Shown piece after piece: positions 45,283-57,176 of a stretch of 64,000 nucleotides of DNA. Source of the stretch: Halioglobus sp. (GTDB lineage: Bacteria; Pseudomonadota; Gammaproteobacteria; Pseudomonadales; Halieaceae); contig JBALVN010000001.1 in NCBI GenBank assembly GCA_036961455.1, forward strand, positions 403,337 to 467,336, written 5' to 3'. Made by a program: the position numbers and the translations under genes. A model generated the notes under the pieces. That model saw nothing but the letters and a program-made list of their open reading frames with translations. It searched no databases and had not been told where the DNA came from. Position 1 is the first letter of the stretch, and every line of letters starts with the position of its first letter.

Positions 45283-45325
45283 TCGCCTCTGTAACCTAAT
45301 TTGAACAGCCAGACGGAGATCAAGC

Positions 45326-45931
45326 GTGGCGGATCAAGATCAAAAACAGCCCGAAACGGATGTGCAGGACGAACAGGTGGAGACCGCAGAGGCCCAGCTG
45401 GAAACTGCAGAGGAAGTTGCCGCAGCACAGGCGGCAATGGAAAGCTCCGAGGAGGTCGCTGAGCCTTCACTGGAAGATGAGTTGACCAGCCTGCAAGAAG
45501 ACCTGATCACAGCCCGTGACGCAGCGCTTCGCGCCCAGGCCGATGCCCAGAATGTGAAGCGCCGTGCGGAGCAGGAGGTTGAGAAGGCCCGCAAGTTTGC
45601 CCTCGAACGCTTTGCCAGTGACCTGTTGCCAGTGGTTGATAACCTGGAGCGCGCCCTGGAGGCAGGCTCCGGCGACGATGAGGCCATCAAGCCCATCGCT
45701 GAAGGGGTAGAACTGACGCTGAAAAGCTTCATTGATGCCCTGGGCAAGCAGAAAATTGAGGTAGTAGATCCCGAAGGTGAACCCTTTGACCCCAACCTGC
45801 ACCAGGCCATCACCATGGTGGAGAACAAAGAGGTTGAGCCCAATACCGTTATCGCCGTGATGCAGAAGGGTTACACGCTCAATGGCCGGCTGATAAGGCC
45901 GGCGATGGTTATGGTCAGCAAGGGCGGCTGA
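45326..45931 (+). CDS. grpE: nucleotide exchange factor GrpE
   Basis: It has an acidic N-terminus, [16 protein letters not shown], and a C-terminal beta domain ([18 protein letters not shown]). Confidence 0.93.
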   Translation: MADQDQKQPETDVQDEQVETAEAQLETAEEVAAAQAAMESSEEVAEPSLEDELTSLQEDLITARDAALRAQADAQNVKRRAEQEVEKARKFALERFASDLLPVVDNLERALEAGSGDDEAIKPIAEGVELTLKSFIDALGKQKIEVVDPEGEPFDPNLHQAITMVENKEVEPNTVIAVMQKGYTLNGRLIRPAMVMVSKGG

Positions 45932-45944
45932 AGGCAAAAAAGGG

Positions 45945-45972
45945 GTTGAATCAGGCCAGATTGACCCCACAT
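45945..45972 (+). promoter_or_regulatory. sigma-32 heat-shock promoter of dnaK
   Basis: GTTGAA-N14-CCCCACAT lies ~58 nt upstream of the ATG. Confidence 0.7.
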
Positions 45973-46029
45973 AGAGAACAACGCAATTGATATCGGCGCT
46001 ACAGCGCCACGTTAGACTGGAGACATACA

Positions 46030-47964
46030 ATGGGTAAAATTATCGGAATCGACCTGGGTACCACAAATTCGTGTGTATCCGTACTGGATGGCGGCGTGCC
46101 GCGCGTAATCGAAAACTCTGAAGGCGATCGCACGACACCTTCTATCGTCGGCTATACCGACGAAGGCGAAATCCTGGTTGGGCAGGCGGCAAAGCGTCAG
46201 TCTGTGACTAACCCCACTAATACACTGTACGCAGTGAAGCGCCTGATCGGCCGCAAGTTCAAGGACGATGTTGTTCAAAAAGACATCAGCATGGTGCCTT
46301 ACACGATTCTTGCTGCTGACAATGGCGACGCCTGGGTTCAGGCCCGTGACGAGAAGATGGCGCCACCTCAGGTGTCGGCTGAAGTACTGCGTAAAATGAA
46401 GAGAACTGCCGAGGAATTCCTGGGCGAGCCCGTTACTGAGGCTGTTATCACCGTACCTGCTTACTTCAACGACTCTCAGCGTCAGGCGACGAAAGACGCC
46501 GGCAAGATTGCGGGTCTTGATGTGAAGCGCATCATCAACGAGCCAACGGCTGCTGCACTTGCCTATGGCATGGACAAGGCCAAGGGCGACCATACAGTAG
46601 CGGTATACGACCTGGGTGGCGGTACCTTTGATATCTCCATCATCGAGATTGCTGAAGTTGATGGCGAGCACCAGTTCGAAGTGCTGTCTACTAATGGCGA
46701 CACGTTCCTGGGTGGTGAAGATTTTGACATGCGCCTGATCGAGTACCTGGCGGCTGAGTTCAAGAAAGAATCTGGCATCGACCTGCACAACGATCCGCTG
46801 GCGCTGCAGCGTCTGAAAGAAGCTGCGGAAAAGGCCAAGATCGAGCTGTCTACCTCCCAGCAAACTGAGGTGAACCTGCCTTACATTACTGCTGATGCGA
46901 GTGGACCCAAGCACCTGGTAGTGAAGCTGAGCCTGGCCAAGCTGGAATCTCTGGTTGAAGACCTGGTGTCTCGCTCCATGGACCCGGTGAAGACCGCACT
47001 TAAAGATGCTGGCCTGTCGCCTTCGGAGATCGACGATGTGATTCTGGTAGGCGGTCAGACCCGCATGCCAATGGTGCAGAAGAAGGTTGCTGATTACTTC
47101 GGTAAAGAGCCTCGCAAGGACGTTAACCCCGACGAAGCGGTTGCCATGGGCGCCTCTATCCAGGGTGCGGTACTGTCCGGCGAAGTGAAAGATGTATTGC
47201 TGCTGGACGTGACCCCGCTGACGCTGGGTATCGAGACCATGGGTGGCGTTGCCACTCCGCTGATCGAGAAGAACACTACGATTCCTACCAAGAAGTCGCA
47301 GATCTTCTCCACTGCCGACGACAACCAGACTGCGGTGACTATTCACGTAGTACAGGGTGAGCGTAAGCAAGCGACGGGTAACAAGTCACTGGGTCGTTTT
47401 GACCTGGCAGACATTCCGCCGGCACAGCGTGGCATGCCTCAGATCGAAGTCACCTTCGACCTGGACGCCAACGGTATTTTGCATGTTTCTGCAGCTGACA
47501 AGGCAACCGGTAAGGAACAGTCCATCCGCATTACTGCCTCTGGCGGCCTGTCGGATGAAGACATCGAGCAAATGGTTGCAGACGCCGAAGCCAACGCTGA
47601 CGCAGATGCCCTGTTCGAAGAGTTGATTACCGCTCGCAACACCTGCGAAGGCCTGATTCACGCGTCGAAGAAGACGCTTGAAGAAGCTGCTGAGCACGCC
47701 ACTGACGAAGAGAAAGCCGCGATTGAAGCTGCCGTCTCTGAAGCAGAAGAAGCGGTGAAGACTGACGATAAGGAAGCGATCGAAGCGGCGGCGACCAAGC
47801 TGACCGAAGCGACTGGCCCTGTTGCCCAGAAGATGTATGCAGCCCAGGCTGAGCAAGCCCAGGCAGCAGCGGGCGCTGGCGCAGATGCTGGCCAGGCAGA
47901 ACCTGCTGGTGAAGATGTCGTTGACGCCGAGTTCGAAGAAGTCAAAGAAGACGACAAGAAGTAA
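46030..47964 (+). CDS. dnaK: molecular chaperone DnaK (Hsp70)
   Basis: [16 protein letters not shown] and the remaining Hsp70 signatures are present throughout. Confidence 0.98.
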   Translation: MGKIIGIDLGTTNSCVSVLDGGVPRVIENSEGDRTTPSIVGYTDEGEILVGQAAKRQSVTNPTNTLYAVKRLIGRKFKDDVVQKDISMVPYTILAADNGDAWVQARDEKMAPPQVSAEVLRKMKRTAEEFLGEPVTEAVITVPAYFNDSQRQATKDAGKIAGLDVKRIINEPTAAALAYGMDKAKGDHTVAVYDLGGGTFDISIIEIAEVDGEHQFEVLSTNGDTFLGGEDFDMRLIEYLAAEFKKESGIDLHNDPLALQRLKEAAEKAKIELSTSQQTEVNLPYITADASGPKHLVVKLSLAKLESLVEDLVSRSMDPVKTALKDAGLSPSEIDDVILVGGQTRMPMVQKKVADYFGKEPRKDVNPDEAVAMGASIQGAVLSGEVKDVLLLDVTPLTLGIETMGGVATPLIEKNTTIPTKKSQIFSTADDNQTAVTIHVVQGERKQATGNKSLGRFDLADIPPAQRGMPQIEVTFDLDANGILHVSAADKATGKEQSIRITASGGLSDEDIEQMVADAEANADADALFEELITARNTCEGLIHASKKTLEEAAEHATDEEKAAIEAAVSEAEEAVKTDDKEAIEAAATKLTEATGPVAQKMYAAQAEQAQAAAGAGADAGQAEPAGEDVVDAEFEEVKEDDKK

Positions 47965-48019
47965 GTCATTCCCGCGGCGGCCATCCGTCGTCGCGGGACC
48001 GATGAGCACTTTATTGACC

Positions 48020-48040
48020 ACGCAGGCCTAGTGCCTGCGT
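48020..48040 (+). terminator. perfect 8-bp hairpin between dnaK and dnaJ (attenuator or partial terminator)
   Basis: The hairpin is ACGCAGGC-CTAGT-GCCTGCGT. The following T-run is weak. Confidence 0.4.
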
Positions 48041-48078
48041 AGTCGTTTCAGAAAACCCAGTAAATATACTGAAGATTT

Positions 48079-50024
<1,946 letters not shown>

Positions 50025-50066
50025 TAACCTACCGTCGTCTCCGCTGATGCGGGAGCGGCGAAGCAC

Positions 50067-50936
50067 TTGGGAGACAAGGTTTTGAGCGATTTTATCGTCA
50101 ATATCGATGAAACCAATGCAGCGGCGCTGCTGATTGAGGAGTCCAACAACCGCCCGGTGGTGGTGGATTTCTGGGCGGACTGGTGTGAACCCTGCAAGGT
50201 GATAATGCCTTTGCTGGAGAAAATCGCCAACGAGTACAACGGCGCTTTCCTGTTGGCCAAAGTTAATGCAGACGAGCAGGGGCAGATCGCCCAGCAGTTC
50301 GGTGTACGTTCCTTGCCAACCGTTATGGTCATTCAAAACGGCCAGCCGGTCGACGGCTTTGCCGGTGCCCAGTCTGAACAAGAAATTCGCGCAATGCTGG
50401 GTAAATACCTACCCAAGCCCTGGGACGGATTGCTGCAAATGGCTGAGGAAGCCATGGCCGAGGGCGATTTTGCCCGCGCCCTGACACCTCTGCGCCAGGC
50501 CTGGGAAGACTCCGGTCAGCTTTATGACATTACCGTGCCCTATGTGCATGCGCTGATCGAATGCATGCGCCTGGATGAAGCCGAAACCCTGCTGGACGGG
50601 GTGAGGATGGCGGACCAGGATACCGCCTATGAACAACTGCGCGCCCAGCTAGAGATCAAACGCGAAGCCGCAAAAACCCCCGAAATCGAAGCGCTTGAAG
50701 AGCAGCTGGCCAAGGACCCGGATAACCTGGACCTGATGCACCAACTCGCCGTGCAATTCACCAGCGCCGGCCAGTTCAAGGACGCCATGGAGTACCTGAT
50801 CACCATTTTGCAAAAAGACCGCGAACACGGTGATGGTGCCACCAGGAAAGCGCTGCTCGATACCATTGCCAGTCTAGGCAAGGGCGATCCCCTGGCGGCC
50901 GAGTACCAACGCAAACTTTACAGCCTTCTGTACTAA
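50067..50936 (+). CDS. thioredoxin-domain plus TPR co-chaperone (YbbN/CnoX-like)
   Basis: It has a WCEPC active site followed by TPR-like repeats. The more likely start is the TTG at 50082, which is preceded by GGAGA. Confidence 0.8.
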   Translation: MGDKVLSDFIVNIDETNAAALLIEESNNRPVVVDFWADWCEPCKVIMPLLEKIANEYNGAFLLAKVNADEQGQIAQQFGVRSLPTVMVIQNGQPVDGFAGAQSEQEIRAMLGKYLPKPWDGLLQMAEEAMAEGDFARALTPLRQAWEDSGQLYDITVPYVHALIECMRLDEAETLLDGVRMADQDTAYEQLRAQLEIKREAAKTPEIEALEEQLAKDPDNLDLMHQLAVQFTSAGQFKDAMEYLITILQKDREHGDGATRKALLDTIASLGKGDPLAAEYQRKLYSLLY

Positions 50937-51185
50937 TTACTCGACGGTGCTGCATTTCAGGGTGGTGTTGACCGGGATGCTTTTAGCCCTCTGGCGTGCG
51001 TCTGCCTTGAACCCACGAGTTGCTATTTGCGAGACCGGTGCCTTTGTTCGAGAAGTGCGACCTCTGCGGTCAATTTTTGTGAGAGCTGTCAACATTGTGC
51101 ACTTGCGAGCCGCGAGATACGGTACCGCTCGGCTAAAAGGTCCGGCCAGTTCGACATCTAACTCAACAGCATAGGAGGACAAACA

Positions 51186-52370
51186 GTGGACACCGCTTTT
51201 GCCCCGGATGACATCGCTTTTCGCGATGAAGTAGTAGCATTTTTTGACTCAGCTTACGACGAGGATATTGAATCCCGTTTGGCTAGCCCCGACCCCGATA
51301 TTTTCAAGCCAGCCATTGTTGAATGGCAGAAGCGCCTCAATGAGCGCGGTTGGATTGCCCCGGGTTGGCCACAGGAATTCGGCGGCACCGGTTGGGATGC
51401 TGCCAAAGACTTTATTTTTGAATCCGAGCGTTCCAAGCGCGGTATTCGCGATGTGATCCCATTCGGCCTGAAAATGGTTGGCCCGGTCATCTATACCTTT
51501 GGTACCGATGAGCAGAAGGAACGCTTCCTGCCCAAGATCCTGGCCAGTGACGAATGGTGGTGTCAGGGCTATTCTGAACCCGGCGCCGGTTCTGACCTTG
51601 CCTCCCTGAAGACCCGCGCAGTGCGCGATGGCGACGACTATATTATCAACGGTGCCAAGATCTGGACCAGCTACGCCCAGTTTTCCGACTGGATTTTCTG
51701 CCTGGTGCGCACCAGCACTGAAGGCAAGAAGCAGGCAGGCATTAGCTTCTTGTTGATCGATATGAAGACGCCTGGCATCAAGGTGAATCCAATTGTCTCC
51801 ATAGACGCGCACCACAGCCTCAATGAGGTGGAGTTTAACGATGTGCGGGTGCCGGTTGAGAACATGATAGGTGAGGAAAACAAAGGCTGGACTTACGCCA
51901 AGGCATTGCTCGCTCATGAACGTACCTCCATTGCGGGAGTAGCAGACTCCAAGCGCGGAGTGGACTTGATCAAAAAGTTTGCCAGCGAAGAAGTTAATGG
52001 CGGCTCTCGCCTGATCGATGACCCATTGTTCCAGAAACGCTTGTCCGATCTGGAAGTGGAATTGATGGCATTGGAGTTTACCGAGTTGCGAGTATTGGCC
52101 TCGGTCGCCTCTGGTGGTGCCCCCGGTGCCGAATCATCGCTGCTGAAAATAAAGGGCACTGAGATTCAGCAGGCGGTGCAGGAACTGACGATGGAAGTCG
52201 CTGGTTATTTTCAAGGTGTTCTGCCTGGTGCCCCCGCGCCTGATGTCCTGGGCCATGAGTTTGCTACGGGTGCATTCACCAGCTATATGTACGGCCGCGC
52301 CGCTACCATTTACGGTGGCTCTAACGAGGTCCAGAGAAACATTATTGCCAAGGCCGTCTTAGGCCTGTAA
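51186..52370 (+). CDS. acyl-CoA dehydrogenase family protein
   Basis: It shows an ACAD fold pattern, and the C-terminal IYGGSNEVQRNIIAK resembles the LCAD/IVD type. Confidence 0.85.
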   Translation: MDTAFAPDDIAFRDEVVAFFDSAYDEDIESRLASPDPDIFKPAIVEWQKRLNERGWIAPGWPQEFGGTGWDAAKDFIFESERSKRGIRDVIPFGLKMVGPVIYTFGTDEQKERFLPKILASDEWWCQGYSEPGAGSDLASLKTRAVRDGDDYIINGAKIWTSYAQFSDWIFCLVRTSTEGKKQAGISFLLIDMKTPGIKVNPIVSIDAHHSLNEVEFNDVRVPVENMIGEENKGWTYAKALLAHERTSIAGVADSKRGVDLIKKFASEEVNGGSRLIDDPLFQKRLSDLEVELMALEFTELRVLASVASGGAPGAESSLLKIKGTEIQQAVQELTMEVAGYFQGVLPGAPAPDVLGHEFATGAFTSYMYGRAATIYGGSNEVQRNIIAKAVLGL

Positions 52371-52390
52371 CGCGCAGGGAGAAATGACAA

Positions 52391-53527
52391 ATGAATTTTG
52401 AATTCACAGAAGAACAGGTCATGTTGCGCGACAGCGTCGCCCGCTATGTGCAGGATGACTACGACTGGGAAACACGTGTTGCCATTGCCAATTCCGAGGC
52501 AGGCCTGGACCGCGCCAAGTGGCAGACCTTCGCCGAGCTTGGCTGGCTTTCCATTCCCTTTGCGGAAGACCATGGTGGTTTCGGCGGCAGCGCTCTGGAT
52601 GTAATGGTAGTCATGGAAGAGCTGGGTAAAGGCCTGGTACTGGAGCCTTACCTGGCGACTGTGCTGCTATACGGCGGCCTGTTACAGAAGGGCGCAAGCC
52701 CCGAGCTACAAACGGCGCATATTCCCTCCATTATTGACGGCAGCAGTCTGGGTGCATTTGCCTATCTTGAGCGCCAGAGTCGCTATGAGATAAGTGATGT
52801 ACTCACTACGGCAAAGGCCAACGCAGACGGCTTCGCGATCAATGGCGAGAAAGTAGTCGTATTCAACGGTGCCAGTGCTGATCAACTCATAGTTTCGGCT
52901 CGCACCAGCTGCGAGCAGAGCGATGAAAATGGCATCAGCCTTTTTCTTGTCGCAGCAGATGCTGAAGGTGTTGAGAGCGTTAGCTATCGGATGATGGATG
53001 GTCAGGTAGTTGCCAATATCGTATTCAACAATGTTCAGGTGCCCGCTGCCAACCTCGTTGGGGAACTGGACGGTGGTCACTCGCTGATCAATGAGGTGGT
53101 TCGGGATGCTAACCTGGCCCTGGCCGCAGAGGCCCTGGGTATCATGCAGCAACTCAATGCCAAGACAGTTGAATACACCCAAACCCGGGAACAGTTTGGT
53201 GTGGCCATTGGCAAGTTCCAGGCCTTGCAGCACCGTATGGTCGACACTTTCATTAGCTACGAGCAAACCAAGTCGCTGTTGTATCGCGCGGTATGTGCCC
53301 TGACCGATGATTCCGAAGATGAAGATCAGGCCATTCATGCTCTGCGCGTTATGGTGGATAAGGCTGGCAAACATATATTTGGCGAGGCCATCCAGCTGCA
53401 CGGTGGCATGGGCATTACCGACGAATTGGATATTGGCCATTACGCCAAGCGGCTGATGATGATCAACACCACCTTCGGTAATGGCGATTATCATCAGGCA
53501 AAGTTCAACGCACTACGCTATAACTAA
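52391..53527 (+). CDS. acyl-CoA dehydrogenase family protein (divergent C-terminal motif)
   Basis: Its length and middle domain are ACAD-like. The C-terminal motif is degenerate (INTTFGNGDYHQAKF). Confidence 0.8.
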   Translation: MNFEFTEEQVMLRDSVARYVQDDYDWETRVAIANSEAGLDRAKWQTFAELGWLSIPFAEDHGGFGGSALDVMVVMEELGKGLVLEPYLATVLLYGGLLQKGASPELQTAHIPSIIDGSSLGAFAYLERQSRYEISDVLTTAKANADGFAINGEKVVVFNGASADQLIVSARTSCEQSDENGISLFLVAADAEGVESVSYRMMDGQVVANIVFNNVQVPAANLVGELDGGHSLINEVVRDANLALAAEALGIMQQLNAKTVEYTQTREQFGVAIGKFQALQHRMVDTFISYEQTKSLLYRAVCALTDDSEDEDQAIHALRVMVDKAGKHIFGEAIQLHGGMGITDELDIGHYAKRLMMINTTFGNGDYHQAKFNALRYN

Positions 53528-53589
53528 TCAGGCATTATTCGGCTTCCTTGCCAATGACGGGCAAGGAAGCGTCTTTCAGGAGAATTACA

Positions 53590-54630
53590 ATGAAACTGGG
53601 CTTTCTGCTGGGCTATTCCGGCAAGCAAATCAATATTCCGATGGATCTTATCAAGCACGCAGAGTCTCTGGGCTTCGATTCGGTCTGGACTGCCGAGGCT
53701 TATGGCAATGACGCGATAACTGCCGCCAGCTGGGTATTGGCGCAGACGGAGAAAATTCGCGTCGGTACCGCCATCATGCAGATGCCTGCGCGCACGCCAG
53801 CCATGGCCGCGATGACCACGATGTCGCTGGACCAGCTGTCTGGGGGTCGTTTTATTGCCGGGCTGGGAGCCTCTGGCCCGCAGGTGGTAGAGGGCTGGCA
53901 CGGTGTGCCTTATGGCAAGCCTGTGACCCGTACCCGCGAGTACATCAAAATCATGCGTGCGATCATGGCGCGTGAAGGACCTGTAGAATTTGAAGGTAAT
54001 ATGTACCAGATGCCCAACAAGGGCGAGGGTACTACTGGCCTGGGCAAGCCGCTTAAGTCCATTCTGGAAGGAAATTCTGATATCCCCATTTACACCGCTT
54101 CTATTACGCCAGCCGGGCTGCGCTGTGCCGGTGAAGTGGCCGATGGTGTATTCCCTGTGTGGATGGACCCCAACAAGTACGACATTATTGGTGACCACCT
54201 GGAAACAGGCTTTGCGAAGGCCGGCAACGGCAAGAGCCTGGAGAACTTCGACGTTGCACCTTTCGTGTCGGTAGCAATGAACGAGGACCTGGATGCTGCC
54301 TTTGATTCCCTGCGCCCCTGGCTGGCGCTTTACATCGGTGGCATGGGTGCCAAAGGTAAGAACTTCTACCACGACTACACCACGCGCTTGGGTTATGGCG
54401 AGGCGGCGGACAAGATTCAGGAATTGTATTTGTCAGGCAAGCAAGCAGAGGCTTGTGCTGCAGTACCTCGTGAATTGTTGGACGAAATCGCACTGGTCGG
54501 TTCCAAGGACCGTATTCGCGATCGTCTTGGCCTTTGGAAAGATGCAGGCAAGAAGGGCCATGTAGGCACTATGTTGCTCGGTGTGCACGACCCAGAGGTA
54601 CTGGAATTGTTCGCTCAGGAAATGCTCTGA
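53590..54630 (+). CDS. LLM-class (luciferase-like) flavin-dependent oxidoreductase
   Basis: MKLGFLLGY...FDSVWTAEAYGNDA is the typical LLM N-terminus. AGGAG precedes the ATG at 53590. Confidence 0.8.
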   Translation: MKLGFLLGYSGKQINIPMDLIKHAESLGFDSVWTAEAYGNDAITAASWVLAQTEKIRVGTAIMQMPARTPAMAAMTTMSLDQLSGGRFIAGLGASGPQVVEGWHGVPYGKPVTRTREYIKIMRAIMAREGPVEFEGNMYQMPNKGEGTTGLGKPLKSILEGNSDIPIYTASITPAGLRCAGEVADGVFPVWMDPNKYDIIGDHLETGFAKAGNGKSLENFDVAPFVSVAMNEDLDAAFDSLRPWLALYIGGMGAKGKNFYHDYTTRLGYGEAADKIQELYLSGKQAEACAAVPRELLDEIALVGSKDRIRDRLGLWKDAGKKGHVGTMLLGVHDPEVLELFAQEML

Positions 54631-55427
54631 TGGAAGTGGCGGGCAAGCTGGTTGTTGTTACTGGCGGCGCCAACGGGATTGGTAAAGCACTGTGTGAGCG
54701 TTTCCATGCTGCCGGTGCTCGCAAAATCATTGTTGCCGACCTTGAAGAGGCTAATGCTAAGACTGTTGCTGATACCCTGGGTGGCGATGGCTACGGCGTC
54801 AACGTTCGCGATGAAAGCGCGATTAAGGCCATGGTCGACAAAGTTGAAGCTGATCACGGCGGCATAGATCTGTTTTGCAGTAACGCAGGTATCATCGCCC
54901 TGGATGGCAAACCCTGGTGGGCTACATCAGCCCCCAATGAAACCTGGCAGGCCATGTGGGATATCCATGTGATGTCGCATGTTTACGCTGCGCGTGCTTG
55001 TCTTCCCGGGATGCTGGAGCGGGGCAAGGGGTATTTCCTCAACACTGCTTCGGCAGCAGGCTTGCTCAGCCAGATCGGCGATGCGGCGTACTCAACAACC
55101 AAACACGCTGCTATCGGTTTTGCTGAATCGCTGGCTATCACCCATGGTGACGACGGTATTGGCGTGTCTGTGCTGTGCCCTCAGGCTGTTGCCACACGCA
55201 TGATCAAAATCGGCGACAAGGACGATGGCGGTACAGCCGGCCTTGACGGTGTGCTGACACCCGAGGCCGTCGCAGAGGAAGTGCTAAAGGGACTTGCCGA
55301 AGAGGCTTTCCTGATCCTGCCGCACAAGCAGGTAGAGGCGTATCGTCAGCACAAGGCCGAGGACTACGACAGGTGGCTGGGAGGTATGCGCAAGCTGCGC
55401 CGTCATACGGGCGTGCCCACTGGCTGA
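54630..55427 (+). CDS. SDR-family oxidoreductase
   Basis: It has VVVTGGANGIGKAL and YSTTK (YxxxK). The ATG overlaps the upstream TGA by 1 nt, and the 54534 extension is out of character. Confidence 0.85.
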   Translation: MEVAGKLVVVTGGANGIGKALCERFHAAGARKIIVADLEEANAKTVADTLGGDGYGVNVRDESAIKAMVDKVEADHGGIDLFCSNAGIIALDGKPWWATSAPNETWQAMWDIHVMSHVYAARACLPGMLERGKGYFLNTASAAGLLSQIGDAAYSTTKHAAIGFAESLAITHGDDGIGVSVLCPQAVATRMIKIGDKDDGGTAGLDGVLTPEAVAEEVLKGLAEEAFLILPHKQVEAYRQHKAEDYDRWLGGMRKLRRHTGVPTG

Positions 55428-55448
55428 TAACTGAGAGGGCCTTAAAAG

Positions 55449-57176
55449 TTGGAGCGCAAGGATAGGTTCGCCAGAACAATTCTCAACGGCTTTGAGGCTT
55501 TCTTCGCCGAATTCCAGAATATTACCCTGGCTGCCAAAACACGCTTTGAAAATGCGGACTGGCATGGTTTGCAGGAATCAGCCCGCCGGCGCATTGATCT
55601 GCGCAAGGAAAAGACCAGCGAAATTATTGCGTATGTCGAGCTGATAGCAGGTGAGCACCTCAAGGACTTTGAGTTCTGGAGGGAGGTGCGAGATATCTAT
55701 GCGCAGATGATCGCAGGGCACAGTAATTTTGAGATCGCCGAAACGTTCTTCAATTCGGTTTTTTGTGCGGTATTCAATCACCGAAAAATACGCAATAACT
55801 ACGCATTTGTATTCTCCACTCACGGCGATATACCGCCAGCGGATGTGAGCAAGGTATACCGCACTTACCCGATGGGAAAGTCCATTGCTGATGCCATTGA
55901 AGCAATGCTCACCGATTACGCGTTCGACATTCCTTACGAAGACTTACAGCGCGATATTGCCAATATTGTGGAGGTGGCTGACACTTACCTGCGGCCCCGG
56001 TTTAATCTCGAGCGCGAAGACATACACCTTGAAGTGTTGGAGCATCACTTTTTCCGCAACAAGGGGGCTTACATCGTCGGGCGTATTGTCAGCGGTGAGG
56101 ACTCAATGCCCTTCGTACTGCCGGTGCTACACAACGAGAGCGGTGCCGTCTTCGTCGATACTGTGTTGTTTGGCGCCGACAAGGTCAGTGTGGTGTTCAG
56201 CTTCACCCGCTCCTATTTTCTGGTGGATGCCAGTATTCCCTCAGCCTATGTCCTGTTCCTGCAGCAGTTGATGCCTGCCAAGCCCATTTCTGAAATATAC
56301 AGTGCAATGGGCTATAACAAGCATGGTAAGACCTATTACCATCGCTGCGCATATCGGCATATGACCAGTACAGACGATCACTTCATTATTGCGCCCGGCA
56401 TCAAGGGCATGGTGATGAGTGTATTCACGCTTCCTTCCTACGACTTTGTATTCAAGATTATTAAGGACAAGTTTACCCCTCCAAAGGATATGACCCGCGA
56501 GCAGGTGAAGCAGAAATATGCACTGGTGAAGCGCTGGGACCGCGCCGGACGTATGGCCGACACCCAGGAGTTTACAAATCTTGCTTTTGCCAGAGAGCGA
56601 TTTTCCGATGAGCTGATGGAGGAGCTTTACAAGGTAGCGCCGTCGCTCATAGAGGAGCATGGCAAGGCGTTGATCATCAAGCACGTGTATGTGGAGCGGC
56701 GAATGACGCCGCTCAATCTGTATCTTCAGGGTGCCACTGATGAGCAGGTACTGGATGTAATGGACGAGTATGGCAACGCAATCAAACAATTGGCGGCGGC
56801 TAATATTTTTCCGGGTGACATGTTGCTGAAGAACTTCGGGGTGACGCGCCACGGCCGGGTGGTGTTTTACGACTACGATGAAATACAGCCACTGACCGAA
56901 TGCAATTTTCGCAAGATTCCAGAGCCTCGCACCGAGGAAGAGGAGATGGCCAGTCAGCCCTGGTATTCAGTTGGCCCCAATGACATTTTCCCGGAAGAGT
57001 TTCGTCTGTTTTTCTCCGGTAACCAGCGTGCGCGCAAAGCATTTGACGAAATTCACAGTGATTTATATGAGGCTTCGTTCTGGCAGGGATTGCAGGAGCA
57101 AGTCCGCAGCGGCTACGTGGAGAGTTTCTTTCCCTATCGCCGGAAATTCAAATTTGAAAGAGGAGAGGCCGCCTGA
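55449..57176 (+). CDS. aceK: isocitrate dehydrogenase kinase/phosphatase AceK
   Basis: At 575 aa, its N-terminus FARTILNGFEAFFAEFQNIT and overall pattern match AceK. Confidence 0.9.
   Translation: MERKDRFARTILNGFEAFFAEFQNITLAAKTRFENADWHGLQESARRRIDLRKEKTSEIIAYVELIAGEHLKDFEFWREVRDIYAQMIAGHSNFEIAETFFNSVFCAVFNHRKIRNNYAFVFSTHGDIPPADVSKVYRTYPMGKSIADAIEAMLTDYAFDIPYEDLQRDIANIVEVADTYLRPRFNLEREDIHLEVLEHHFFRNKGAYIVGRIVSGEDSMPFVLPVLHNESGAVFVDTVLFGADKVSVVFSFTRSYFLVDASIPSAYVLFLQQLMPAKPISEIYSAMGYNKHGKTYYHRCAYRHMTSTDDHFIIAPGIKGMVMSVFTLPSYDFVFKIIKDKFTPPKDMTREQVKQKYALVKRWDRAGRMADTQEFTNLAFARERFSDELMEELYKVAPSLIEEHGKALIIKHVYVERRMTPLNLYLQGATDEQVLDVMDEYGNAIKQLAAANIFPGDMLLKNFGVTRHGRVVFYDYDEIQPLTECNFRKIPEPRTEEEEMASQPWYSVGPNDIFPEEFRLFFSGNQRARKAFDEIHSDLYEASFWQGLQEQVRSGYVESFFPYRRKFKFERGEAA

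Noticed and set aside
43933-46029. A CIRCE operator (TTAGCACTC-N9-GAGTGCTAA) in front of hrcA, grpE or dnaK.
   Set aside because: No matching inverted repeat is seen in the three intergenic regions. Sigma-32-type promoters are present there instead.
46012-47370. A 452-aa ORF antisense to dnaK. Similar long antisense ORFs occur at 5752-6255, 44100-44873, 48082-49170, 53524-54372, 42808-43443 and elsewhere.
   Set aside because: They lie entirely inside strongly supported genes on the other strand. Their composition is low-complexity and Arg/Leu/Gly-rich, as expected for shadow frames in GC-rich DNA. They have no motifs.
54534-54629. The upstream extension of the SDR ORF. Analogous extensions occur at 59832-60029 (tag), 59919-59957, 53548-53589, 7504-7581 and 39173-39202.
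   Set aside because: The extensions overlap neighbouring genes or have out-of-character, Arg/Cys-rich composition. Internal starts with Shine-Dalgarno sequences reproduce the canonical family N-termini.
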